A stretch of DNA of 64,000 nt from contig OZ076411.1 in the NCBI GenBank assembly GCA_964187785.1, forward strand, positions 81,344,001-81,408,000. The letters are read 5' to 3'. Position numbers and translations under genes: made by a program. Below are positions 23,489-35,098 of this stretch, in pieces. Source of the DNA: Amphiscolops sp. MND2022 (taxonomy: Eukaryota). The notes beneath the pieces are model-generated. The model was given only the letters and a program-made list of their open reading frames with translations, searched no databases and was not told where the DNA came from. Every line of letters starts with the position of its first letter. Position 1 is the stretch's first letter.

Positions 23489-25706
23489 TCATAACACTCC
23501 TTCCCGCTTCGAAGGTCTCGAGTTCATAGCTGACACAAAGTCGCTTAGGTATGTAGGAGGTTTCCTGTTCCTAGCCGAGCGTCGCAAGGTGGGAGCGGGA
23601 GAGTCCGGGCTGAATTGAGATTCCTTTATTGGTTCCACAGATTTACGTGGTTCACCTTCGGTTCTGATGTCGGCACCCGCTGTTCTGATGTCTACATCGG
23701 TCTCCTTGTCTTTGTATTGACCTGCTGGTTGTGAGGTCGTTCCTGTTCCTAGCCGAGCGTCGCAAAGTGGGAGCGGGAGATGACTTCGGATATCTGTACG
23801 GGCACAACGGGAGCTTGGTCTTTCGCACTTACAAATTTCCGGAGGTACGCAGGAGCTTCTGCTCTGAGCCAAGGTGCGCTACTGGAGGGACGGATCAGCG
23901 GCTCGCCGCGTTTGAAACAGAAGAAGCGATCATGAGGGCTCTCCTTGGTTACGGTATTGATAAGTGTCCGAATCGACGAGAGCGCTGATGGTAGGACACT
24001 TTCCCAGTCAGTTAGTGGGCGGTTTGTGGAGTGTAGCAGGCACTGAACTGCTTTCCACACAATTCCGTTGTAGCGCTCGTTTTGGCAATTGCCCTGGGGG
24101 TGGTAGGGCGTAGTTTTGGAGGTCGCAACTCCATTTTGGCGGCAGAAGTTTTGGAATTCCGATGAGACGAACTGTGTGCCCCGGTCAGAGTGAATGAACC
24201 CAGGTGTTCCGAAGATGGCGAAAAGTGTTGAAAGACACTTGATGACGCTACTAGACGTGATGTTCCGGAGAGGGAAGGCGAAGGGAAACCTAGTAAACTC
24301 ATCCACCACTGTGAGAAGGTATTGGTTTTTGTTTCTAGTCATTGGTTTGGGGCCAACAATGTCGATTGATAGTCGCTCCCGAGGTTTGGAGGATCGAATA
24401 AGATCGCTGCCGGGGGGTCGCAAAAAGCGCGGTTTCCATAGAGCGCACGTTTTGCAGTTTTCGGTAACCCTTTTCGCCTCATCTAAAGATATTGGGACTT
24501 TGTGTCTTTGAATGTATTCGTACAGTCGGGTCACTCCTGGATGCGCACGTGTTTCGTGTAGGGTTTTACAGCTGGGCTGTAGGGACGCTAATCGAGACAG
24601 GGCGTCAGCTGACACGTTCTGACAACCTCTCTGGTAGCTTATCTCGAAATTGTATTCCCAAAGTTCCAGGCGCCAGCGAATCAGTTTGTCATTCTTCACT
24701 CTAGAAGAGTTGGGTCCAAATATGAAGGAGAGGGCCTTTTGATCGGTGCGAACTAGAACCCGTGACGTCCGTAATAGGTCTGAGAAACGGCGGAAGCCTT
24801 CCAAGATAGCCAAAGCTTCCCGTTCAACCACCGAGTACGCCATTTCGCTATGTTTAAGAGTTCTCGAGAAGAAACCGACAGGTTTGTCGTTTTGAGTGAG
24901 TGTCGCTCCGATACCGGTCCCGGACGCATCGGTTTGGAGAACGAGAGGCTCGTTTGCCCGGGGCAGCCAGAGTACGGCAGAGGCAACTTCTTTCTTGAGA
25001 GTTGCGATAGCCAGCCGAGAAGCTTGATTGAGCGGAAAGGCCAGTTGTTTCTGTGTTGCGAGCAGGGGAGCAACCTTATTTGAGTAGTCTGCAATCCACT
25101 TTGCGTTGTACGCAAAGAACCCAAGAAGGCGCTTCAACTGTGACGAGTTTTCGGGGTTAGGGAAATCCATCAGTGTCTTGATTCGGCTCGGATCGGGGCG
25201 TTTAGAGCCAGCTCCCACGATGTGACCGAGCATTGGTACTGTCTTACAGCCAAAAACGCACTTAGCTTTGTTAAGTGTCAGACCCTCAATCTCGGCCGCT
25301 TTCAGGAAGTTCTTCAGATTTTCTTAGTGTTCCTCCTCGGATCTGCCTCCGATGATCACATCGTCAAGATATGGGTGCGTTCGCTTCAGGTTGTGCCGGC
25401 GTACAAACGCTGTCATTTCTCGTTGAAATGCGGCTACAGCGTTCGTGATGCCAAAGGGAAGCCTTGTGAACTCAAAAGTCGTCCGTTCACTTCAAACGCG
25501 GTGAATGACATGTCCTTGCGATGGAAGGGGATTTTCGAAAAAGTAGTGTTCTCGGCTGCTTGGTCAAGCAGGTCTTGCATATTTAGAAAGGGGAAGGCGT
25601 CTTTGGACGTATGACGATTAATTGTCTGAGAATAGTCGATCACCATCCGTGGCTTGGGTCCGTCCCTAACGACAAAGGCTTGAGCCCGCCAGGGAGACGT
25701 GGAAAC
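23489..25706 (-). pseudogene. Gypsy pol: RT (YLDD), RNase H (TDASGTGIG), integrase (HPG, C..C, SIDIVGP, DRGTQF, ERYNG)
   Basis: ORF 23749-25233 is open. The RT N-terminal part has frameshifts, one stop and a short deletion (FSKI-PFH). Confidence 0.9.
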
Positions 25707-27044
25707 TTAGATTATGCCTTCAACGAGCATTCGGTTAACTTCTGACTCCATGAAGGCGACGTCTTGCAGTTTGTGACGACGCGATTTTGTAGCAATCGGT
25801 TTGGCACTATAAACTGTTTTGGAAAGTATGGTCGGAGGGGCAATTTTCATCGCTGGGAACTCCAATTCCTTGAGCACGGCAGATATAACCGTCTCTGGTC
25901 GATCACCGCCTAATGCCAGTCTCACAGAGTGATGTTGTTTGAGAACGTCAAGCCCGAGAATAACATCCGCAACGAGGTGTTTTGCGACAGTGAAGAGAAC
26001 TTGGTAGGTCTTTTGGTTTACCTCAATTTTAGCTTTAGCGGTGCCTGACGTAATCAGAGAGTCGCCATTTGCCAAGGCAGTGACCTTGGGCTTCGCGCGG
26101 ACATTCAGGTCATGTTTGGCAGCTGTTGAGGCGCTGATAAAGGAGCCCGTGGATCCGGTATCAATCATTGTTTGAACTTGTTCATTGCTTCCGGCTAATT
26201 TGAGGCTGACATTCAGAGTGGCAGGGGATATGCCAGTACTGCACAAAACGGCGGCAGTCTCGGGTTCATCATCAGATGACTGTTGTAAGACAGCAGCGGT
26301 CGATCTACATACCGAAGCCCAGTGTCCTGCGTTCGAGCATTTGTGACAAGTGTCCTTTTTGGCTGGGCACTTTGAGCGTGGATGCTGTTTTAGACCGCAG
26401 AACTGACAGTGTGGACGAGGCTTGTTCGAAACCTGTTGGGCAGCGGAGTTGCCGGGCCGATCAGGTTGCCGTCGAGTTGTCTGGGAGAACGGCTTGGTTG
26501 CTGCTACAGTTGAAGTTTCGGCACATCTGAAAGATTTGGAAAAGTCACTGGATAGTTCGATAGCACAAGCAAGCGATATGCAGCTATCAATGTCGGCCTT
26601 GGAGTCTTCCAGTTCCAATAGTCTTGCCTGAATGTCGTCAGACCTGAGACCTGATATTAAAGCGTCTCGTACTAGATAGTCTTTATGTGCTTGGACGGTC
26701 ACGCTGGTGCATTCGCAGTCTTCAACAAGACGTTTCAGCCTTCCTGAAAATTGTACGATAGATTCGTCGTCCTTTTGACTCGCACTGAGCATTTGATGAC
26801 TGGCAAAGAGCACACTCGTGGGCTTAAGAAACTGTCTGTCCAATGTTCTCAGGGCGTCTGCAAACGTTGCAGAGCTTTCGAGGAGAGTGAAATAGTCGGA
26901 GCCGACAAATGTACGAAGAAAAACTAATTTGTCAGCATCTTCGGTTGTGCCATTGGTGCGTAAGCCGTTGTCGAAACAATTCTTCCACCATTTCCATTTC
27001 TCGAAAGAAGGATTTGATGGCAAGTTGGGTGGTTTGAACTTCAT
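25707..27044 (-). CDS. Gypsy gag plus aspartic protease
   Basis: 445-aa open frame with double Zn knuckle CQFCG..HPRSKCPAKKDTCHKCSNAGHWASVC and protease MIDTGSTGSFIS. Confidence 0.9.
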   Translation of the reverse strand: MKFKPPNLPSNPSFEKWKWWKNCFDNGLRTNGTTEDADKLVFLRTFVGSDYFTLLESSATFADALRTLDRQFLKPTSVLFASHQMLSASQKDDESIVQFSGRLKRLVEDCECTSVTVQAHKDYLVRDALISGLRSDDIQARLLELEDSKADIDSCISLACAIELSSDFSKSFRCAETSTVAATKPFSQTTRRQPDRPGNSAAQQVSNKPRPHCQFCGLKQHPRSKCPAKKDTCHKCSNAGHWASVCRSTAAVLQQSSDDEPETAAVLCSTGISPATLNVSLKLAGSNEQVQTMIDTGSTGSFISASTAAKHDLNVRAKPKVTALANGDSLITSGTAKAKIEVNQKTYQVLFTVAKHLVADVILGLDVLKQHHSVRLALGGDRPETVISAVLKELEFPAMKIAPPTILSKTVYSAKPIATKSRRHKLQDVAFMESEVNRMLVEGII

Positions 27045-27074
27045 GGGCGTCAGAAGAGGGAATACAGCGCATAG

Positions 27075-27210
27075 ACAATTGCTACGAGGAACTTAAGAAA
27101 GTACCGTTGTAGCAGAATCAGGCGATGGCTACGAGGAACTTAAGGAAGTACCGTAGTAGCGGAATGGTCGATAGCTACGAGGAACTTGAAGAAATACCGT
27201 AGTAGCTTAC
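27075..27210. repeat. Three ~50-bp tandem units (GCTACGAGGAACTTAAG...GTAGC) between the SGNH ORF and gag
   Basis: Direct inspection. Confidence 0.75.
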
Positions 27211-27253
27211 ACAGGAAGGTCGCTTACCTGAAGACAAGTCCAGCTTACGTGAC

Positions 27254-27820
27254 TCAGCGCGGGCATGCCCAATGACCTCGAGGGCACTCGTATGTTCGGG
27301 GGTGACCTTGTTTGTCGATCTGGGGGCAGAAGGCTTTCCGAAGTACTCGGTTCTTCAAGATGGAGTGAATTCCACTAATGGCCCTAGGCTCTAGGTGGAT
27401 GTCGTCTAGGGTAGTGTGTTTTTCGACGCTGTAGATGCTTCGAGATATGCCTCTGTAAAGCCAACGGCGATCGTTGTTGTCTTCTAGGAGTCGATTCAAG
27501 GCCTTGGCCTGGTCAGGAATGTCTAGCCGAGGAGGAACCGCGATAACGAAGACTCTGAGTGCAACTTCAGATGCTGCTACGGCAAGGTCAGAGATGTTCC
27601 TGGCAACAGTTCGAGTGTTGTCGGTTGGTAAGTCGTTGCCTCCGATGAAGAATACAATCAGATCAAACCGACCTTTCGCAGGTAAAAAAGGTCTCACGTC
27701 TCCAACTCGGGCACCTGGTAGGACGAGAATATTGAAGTTAGGGAACGTCAGGTTCCTTCCTTGTGAATGAATAATAATCATGTTACAAGTGGGTGAGGTC
27801 TTGAAGAGGTGATAACACAT
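27254..27820 (-). CDS. SGNH/GDSL hydrolase (esterase) ORF upstream of gag inside the Gypsy element
   Basis: Intact 188-aa ORF with block I IIHSQ, block II PGA, block III DLIVFFIGGNDL and block V DDIHL. It starts 20 nt after the 5' LTR. Confidence 0.85.
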   Translation of the reverse strand: MCYHLFKTSPTCNMIIIHSQGRNLTFPNFNILVLPGARVGDVRPFLPAKGRFDLIVFFIGGNDLPTDNTRTVARNISDLAVAASEVALRVFVIAVPPRLDIPDQAKALNRLLEDNNDRRWLYRGISRSIYSVEKHTTLDDIHLEPRAISGIHSILKNRVLRKAFCPQIDKQGHPRTYECPRGHWACPR

Positions 27821-28047
27821 GAGGATTATCGAATAGAATTGTCGTGGGGGAAAACACTACTTGCAGGAAGTTTCTATTCGATAAGCATTCATCTATATAA
27901 TAAGTTTATCACAACAATTAGGCTAACATAAATAACACAACGACATTATATAACAGTATTAATAACTACAAATATACATTACATTCATAACAACTACTTA
28001 TGCAATCGTGCTGTTTTTTTTTGTTTTTTTTCTCCTTTTTGTTTTTT

Positions 28048-28766
28048 CTCGACCGTTTCAGGAAAATTTCAACTTTCTCAAAAACTGTCCATACGATTTC
28101 CACGAAGTTTTGCACAGTCATTCTACACCCAAAGGGGCCCCTGCGTGTGCAAAGGCATCAAAATCGTATAACTGGGATGTGAGAAACATAGCCAAAATTA
28201 GCCTAAAAATGGCCAAAAAACAGCCATTTTTCGACTTTTTTCGATTTTCTCAAAAACTGTCCATACGATTCGAACGAAATTTTCTAGAGTTATTCTACAC
28301 CATATAGGAGTCCTATATGTGCAATGGCATCAAAATAGTATGGCTGGGATGTGAGAAACATAGCCAAAATTAACCCAAAATGGCCAAAGCAGCCATTTTT
28401 TGACTTTTTTCGCTTTTCTCAAAAATTGTCCATACGATTCGAACGAAATTTCTACAGTTATTCCACACCATATTAGAGTCCTATATGTGCAATGGCATCA
28501 AAATCGTATGGCTGGGATTAAGAAACAACCAAAATTAGCCCAAAAAAGCCAAAAAACAGCCAGTTTTCGACTTTCGATTTTTTCAAAAACTGTCCATACG
28601 ATTCGAACGAAATTTTCTACAGTCATTCTACACCATATTATGGTCCTTTATGTGCAATTTCATTAAATTCGTATGGCTGGGATGTGAGAAACATAGCCAA
28701 ATTTAGCCCAAAAATGGCCAAAAAAACTCATTTTTCGATTTTTTCGATTTTCTCACAAACTGTTCA
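28048..28766 (+). repeat. ~175-bp tandem repeat (about 4 units)
   Basis: Recurrent TCTCAAAAACTGTCCATACGATTCGAACGAAATTTTCT...GGGATGTGAGAAACATAGCCAAAATT. Confidence 0.85.
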
Positions 28767-29336
28767 GGGAACAAGACGTTTCGGCACAAGACGTTTCGGC
28801 AACAAGATGGCGGAAGACGTTTCGGCAACAAAATGTTGCCGAAACGTCTTTCACCTGCTGTGAAGACGTTTCGGCACCAAAGACGTTTCGGCAACAAGAA
28901 GAATAATCTGTAGTTTTCTTTAGTATGAAACGTGCCCCATATATGTCCCCATTTCCTCTAGTGCCCCGCGGCCCCTTGGGGCCGCTTATATTCCCATCTT
29001 GCTAAGCGAGGTCGAACAGGAGCAAAGACCTAGCGGAAACGGAGATCGCGAAGCGATCGTAGTGGGAGCTGGTCTTTGCGACGGTGAGGGCGAGCGTGCA
29101 TACACCGAATATGCCCCCACATTAGAAGGGGAAAGTACTGAAAATTTTGCGAGACATTCACGAAAAGTAAAAATTTATTCTTAAGAAGTCAAAAAAAGTC
29201 ACAAAATGTTGCCGAAACGTCTTTCACCTGCTGTGAAGACGTTTCGGCACCAAAGACGTTTCGGCAACAAAAAGTTGCCGAAACGTCTTCCGCCATCTTG
29301 TTGCCGAAACGTCTTGTGCCGAAACGTCCGGAACCC
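28767..29336. mobile_element. Foldback MITE with GACGTTTCGGC arrays, core type 1
   Basis: Perfect 8-bp TSD ACTGTTCA and TIRs GGGAACAAGACGTTTCGGCAC / GGGTTCCGGACGTTTCGGCAC. Confidence 0.9.
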
Positions 29337-30663
29337 ACTGTTCATACGATTCGAACGAAGGAGTCAGAAGGAAAAAGACTTAAGCCGACTCCTTTACCGC
29401 ATATCCGGACATTACGCCCAAAGCGGACATTACGCCCAACTGTAAATTACGCACAAGGAAATTACGATAATGTAATCAGCCATGCACACATACCTCTAGT
29501 GCCCTGAATGCAGGAGCGAAGCGAAGCGGAGCGACGTGCCATATGGCCATGCCTCAATGTTGCTACTTGGCGAAGGGAGCGAAGCGACCGAGCCATACAC
29601 CAAATACGATAAAATTCGACCGCATTCCATTCTATCCCTGTAATTCGATTAAAAGGTTCGACCTCAGTCCTTTCGACCAGAAAAATTCGACCTATTTACA
29701 GCCACCCTCGAATGTTCATATGGACGAGATTGTCCGGTCTTTAGTTCCCGTATATGACTTGTATTGTATCCGTATTTTTCCACAGGAAGTGAAGGTCAAC
29801 TTTCTGATAGCCCCCTTAACAAAAACTCAAATTGTGTATCAACACACTCCTGAACGGTGACTTCCCATAGCTCCGAAAACAAAATCGAATGCCATTAATT
29901 AACGAATATTAATTGAAATTATCGGGAATTTATAAATCGCAGCCGCAAAGTGCTTATTCGAAGAAATCACTTGGATAATAGATCCAAAGTAATTATAGAT
30001 TCACGAAGAAGTAAATAAATGGGTCAAATTCTCAATCGGGTTGAGTTTGCTTTCGAGATCGATGCAGTTCTTGCCGTTTGCCGGTCTTTCTGAAATCCCT
30101 AGTGTGCTACCCAAATTGACCAGTGCCGGCACACTATACTTCACTGGAAAAGATCCTTTTAAACAGCAACTGTCTTTCACCGACAAGAGCTATTTAATAA
30201 GTTTATCACAACAATTAGGCTTGTTGCTATTCCACAAATTGAAAACTCTGAACACAATGCCTTGATACCAGTGCAAGTGGAGCAAGCAATTCCATCGCTA
30301 TGCCTATGTCTTGTCCTCTAGTGATGCAGATGTCTTGTCCTCTAGTTTTAATGTCCGTTTTGTTTCATCAAGAAATATATGTCTTCTTTGCTCCGTAATC
30401 GTTACCATTTCACATGCCTCTTTGAGTTTCTGAATTGAGATTTCTCCTGGGTCCATTGAACTCTCTGGTTGCATGATCCTTTCCTTATTTTCTTTTATGT
30501 TTCCTATGTTGGTTGGATTTTTTTGTCTGCCGCCCGGGCTGGGGGCACATGATGAATACAGAAGCGTTTTTTCAAGAAACGCTGATTGATGACGACGATC
30601 CAATTCTGATTGAGACTTAAAAAAAGTGATGCAGAAAACCAGACATGAAATTCTTCTGGACCG

Positions 30664-30900
30664 ATGCATAGACTTAGCAGATTTCGCCTTTGCAGTCTAG
30701 TGCCTTCTCCAAATTGTCAATGGCAAAAAGCCGAAGAAACATCGAGACATTTTCTCTTTGAATGCAGGAGACACAGCCACCTGAGAACAAAGATGTACAT
30801 GAACCCTGACATATACGATGAAGAGTGGATAAAAGAATTAATTAAATTTGTAGACGCTACAAAAATCCTAACACCCAGAAACGGTGAAAACCAAAAGTAG
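30664..30900 (+). mobile_element. LINE ORF2 C-terminal Zn-knuckle remnant
   Basis: SPNCQ.QKAEETSRHFLFEC matches the C..C...ET..H.L..C motif. Confidence 0.55.
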
Positions 30901-31241
30901 AGAAGATCAAAATGGTCAAAAAGCCTGACTGACGAAACTGTGCAAAGTATGCCGCATCATAAGGGATTTGAAGAACATATATATAAAGAAATCACTGCGG
31001 CAAGCAAAGGCATCGACAGTTCAGGGGAAGATGCGAAACAACTCGTCAATATTTTGTCAACTTGTCCGGATTTTAGGTGTGAAAATGGGAAAATGAAAAT
31101 ATTACGTTGGAAATTTCGGAGCTATGACACTAGATTGTGAATTCGCAGCTATGAATAGTCACCCCCTGAACATTCTTCTGAAGTATTTATTGCCTTTATT
31201 ATCATTTTCATTTTCTGACAAACTTGGGTAGTTTCAGAAAT

Positions 31242-33150
31242 ATGATGAATATTTCCGATTTTCAAAGTGAGTTTTTTGTGATTACATTCTGACAAATAAT
31301 ACTGGCGTCATGTCAGCTAAACTCGGTTTGTTTAGAAATTGGAATCGGCCTTGTGGGCTTCGGAATCTTCTTCGATTTCCTGGGGATTATGCTTATGTTC
31401 GACAAAGGACTTTTAGCTATTGGGAATGTAAGTGACCTATTCCACAAAAACAGTCTATTATTCTGCATGTGTTCTTCAACTATATACTTTATTTTGTTTT
31501 AGCTTATGTTTTTGATTGGCGTCACTATGATCATTGGTTTGGAAAGAACTATCAGATTTTTCTTCCAAAGACATAAATTAAAAGGCACATCGTTTTTCAT
31601 GGGTTAGTTTTTTGTTGATATTTAGAAAGCTAGTTGAAAGTTCGGCAAATTATGACTGATATAAAAACTGAAGTTACTATGATATTAAAGCCCGTTTCAG
31701 CGTAATCATGCTACTTCATAGTTTCGTATCATAATTTTCAACAGTCTCTGTTATCAAATTTCTGTTTGGAAACATTGATCAGTGAAGGAGATATGTTCTT
31801 TATTGATTATTTTTTGTTTTCCAGGAGGAATTTTGATTGTGCTATTCGGTTATCCGGTTATTGGGATGCTGATAGAGATCTATGGATTCCTCTCTTTGTT
31901 TGGGTGAGACTATTTCCATTAATTTTGCCTGTTATTAAAAGAAACTCATTTTTATTGAGATATTGTTTCAGGGGCTTTTTGCCTACAATAGTTGGTTTCG
32001 CAAGAAGTATACCAGGGCTCAATCTCATTTTCGCAATTCCTTTTATCAACAGAGTGAGTCGTTTTCGTTTAAAATTTTTAATTACGCAAGTCCACCATGT
32101 CAACGCAAGAATTCACTCCCTGTCCCGAAAAATCAATGAGTAAAAAATGGATGAAATGTATGGAATAACATAATCATTATTTTCCTCATAATCACTATTT
32201 GTTATATTTGCGCGGTCTTTTCAGGTCATTTATGCACAGATAGCTGTAATAAGTCCAAACCTGTAAAAACCCACATCCCACCTTGTCTTTTTGGGATTTT
32301 TTTTCGATTTGTGGTTTTGAAAACTCCTCTGAAAAACAAGGTAATGTTTTAGCTAACCGAACAGGTAACTTACGCTACTGAAACTCTTATTTTTACTTAT
32401 TTGGTAATGGGGCTGAAGGTTTTTTCATGCTGTGCTTTTTGCACATGACGAAGTCAATGTGCATTGCAGTCCAGCTAAGAAAGTTTTTTTTCCACAATAG
32501 TCAACTTCATAATGAGCGCCTTTTAGACAAAAGCCAAAACCCCTGAGAGATTCGAACCTGCAGCCTCCCGATTGCACGGCATAAGTGTTGACCACTGTGC
32601 CATAGGGACGTTATTGAACAAAGTTGAACTGTTGAATATATACGCATGCGATTAACATAATATATATACGCATATTAAAATAATGTCTTCGTCATGTGTT
32701 GCGAAGCACCGCTTCGCCTCTGTGTTTAACGTATGACCGTTTCAAAGATCTCCCACCTTGTGATTATGGGTGGTGGAAATTTCTCATTGACACGTGTTTC
32801 AACCTTTTCTAAAAAATGGATAGCTTGCTGAAAAGGTTTATTATTGTTCATTGACCTGTTGAGTTTTTCTCTGAAAGTGGTTTTCAAAATTGGATCTTGT
32901 GCAAACATTTCAGAAGAAATCAAAAACAGGTTTTTGCTTCTACAAATTTTATATTCGATTTTCACCTTTAATTTAGGTGATAAATATATCTGATTATCAA
33001 TGTTAAACCAAATCATATAAATTATTATCCAATCGACTCTTTCACTTTCAATTCTTCGCATCTTTCACATACCTATTTGGTTTTAGCCACTGAATTTTGT
33101 TTTGTTTTCAGCTAGCAATCAAAGTGGAAAACTCCAAATCAATGGTATGA
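31242..33150 (+). CDS. GOLT1B: Vesicle transport protein GOT1 (6 exons: 31242-31266, 31336-31427, 31503-31602, 31825-31903, 31972-32053, 33112-33150; 138 aa)
   Basis: The spliced frame [18 protein letters not shown]...[10 protein letters not shown]...[24 protein letters not shown]...KSMV* has GT-AG sites with consistent phases. Confidence 0.93.
32538..32609 (-). mobile_element. tRNA-like SINE head in GOT1 intron 5
   Basis: A-box TGGCACAGTGG and B-box GGTTCGAATC; stems are imperfect. Confidence 0.5.
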
Positions 33151-34568
33151 CATCGAGCCGCGCAATTCAATCGGAATTATAAGAGGTTGGCACCAGTGGC
33201 ATTTTTAGGGGGGCAACAGTGCGTACAACCCCTCTCCCCTTAAAAATTTGAATTCAGGAATATAATCAATTTACAAAAAAAAGAGGCCGTGTGAAGCGAA
33301 ACTGGTAGTCTGCATCGGTAATGATGGTCCAAGGTTCAACGGGGCAATTTTGTAACTGAATGATGAGATGCCTCCTTGCAGTGTCAGTAACGGTCCCAAT
33401 GTATATAAATATTAAGTGAGTATCGGTTCCAGTGTTTATGAATATGAAAACCTCAACAAGTGGAGGATAGATTTATGAAATTAAACTTGACAATTTAGTT
33501 GGGTATCTAAAAAATTCATGATGTTTCTGAAATTGGAAGTACTTAGTACTATTTTTCCGGAAGTTTTGACTTCTTCGTCGGTTGTGATAACATCTTTATA
33601 AACGCAATTAAAAACTTATTTGGATTTTACTCGCGACAAATTAAAGCTCGTTAAGGTTCGCTTAATTCAAGTGCGAATGGCTCATCAACTATTCCCAAAA
33701 TTTCCAATGATTAATTTGTATGAAATTCTCAAACATCTTCATATCGCAAATTTTAATTACTTGGTTGTCCGTGAAAGCTTTGTTGATGAAATAGCAATTT
33801 TCTCCCCATCAGATGTAAATCACCCCGAAATCAGAATAAGTTGTACTAAAAGAATTGTTTTTGTTAAAGAACGATTCTTTGTAATTTACGTTTTGTGCAA
33901 CGGTGCTGAATTTAATGGAGAATTTTGTTAGTTTCTTTTTTCATATTTCTATGACGCTTGCTCAAAGCGCGACGGAAAATTTGATCCTAAAGGCCTTAAT
34001 GGTTTCTCTATTTGTAAACACTTCGTAATTGTTACCCGTTGTGCAGGCGTGGGTTTTCTGGGAAATTGTTCCGGATGACCGAAACCAACATCTGGCACCA
34101 AGTGTGGCGACATATCGGGAAGAATTTGCAACATATTCGTCGAATCCAAGCTTCACTAATGCAATCAGTGTTTTAAAATTAGTTATGAATTGAACCTCCT
34201 CCGAACTTGTTTGGTTTCGGGATACCCCATTTGTCATATTTCCAACTTCATTCCTTTTCGTGTTGCTTGACATTGGAATCATCAATTACGTAAAACTAAT
34301 TTTTCATCGAATGGAAAACAAAAAGTTGAAAATACTTCATTTTTGGTACATTCTTATGAACTCGGTAAATTTTCCTATGTCCGGAAGTTGATAACGATTT
34401 TCTCGCTGATTAGATTCAAAACCGGTGCCTTCGGTATCTCCACATCATATGTTCCGCTTTTCTTAATTTATTCAGTGAGTGAAACTCAAAGATTTTGATG
34501 AAATCAGAAGCACTCACTAACGCTTTGATGTTTTCTGTTGAAATTTTTTTTCCTGAATTCCTTATTAA

Positions 34569-35098
34569 CCTAAAGTTGGCCAGGAAAATTCTTGTTCCAT
34601 CCAAAAATCGGGTGCTTCAACTTTAAACCGCAATATCTCCTGAACTATTCAAGTCCGAAAAACGATTTATACAGCGTTCGAAAGAGGAGCACCAGGGCTT
34701 TCAAATCAATTTTTAAACTGCTGGGCTGTGGACCCGCTTTGCCGCACTGGCTCCGGACTTTGCGCCAAAACTTTGCACGCGTCGTGCCTCTGCTTGCTTT
34801 TCAACATGTTTCAAAACATTCTGAGGCCGCTTTTACCCAATGTTGACACCAGTGGGTTAAAAGGGTCAGAAACGAAAACTGGGAAATTGGAAAATCTGCA
34901 GTTACTTTTTTTGAATTTTTTGTCTCATTTTCTGGATTTCGGAGACATCACGTCAATATTCCGTGAAAAGGCGTCGAATGCTATGCAATATTGTCTGAAA
35001 ATCTTATTCAAGAGTTTGCTTTACCATACAACCAGCTGGTGCGTTTAGAATTTGCAAAAAATAAATGTGCCAAATTTGGCACATTGGCCAACTTAAGG
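34569..35098. mobile_element. piggyBac-like MITE
   Basis: TTAA TSD and TIRs CCTAAAGTTGGCCA / TGGCCAACTTAAGG; inverted copy of 62989-63517. Confidence 0.85.

Larger units (their letters stand above)
23340..27992 (-). mobile_element. Full-length Ty3/Gypsy (Mag-like gag) LTR retrotransposon
   Basis: Near-identical TG...CA LTRs at 27840-27992 and 23340-23496, ACTAC 5-bp TSD, polypurine tract GAAGCGGGAAGGAG (23497-23510), and domain order gag-PR-RT-RH-IN. Confidence 0.95.
23305..29392. mobile_element. Non-autonomous DNA element (GGAGTCG...CGACTCC, TTTA TSD) hosting the Gypsy element, a ~175-bp tandem array and a MITE
   Basis: The termini and TSD match the uninterrupted short copy at 48843-49107. 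Confidence 0.7.

Noticed and set aside
23731-25614. Plus-strand ORFs over the Gypsy pol
   Set aside because: They are antisense shadows with no independent motifs.
32726-33061. 111-aa minus-strand ORF in GOT1 intron 5, plus nearby frames at 33600-34600
   Set aside because: There is no recognisable motif and no convincing splice structure; I cannot support a gene call.
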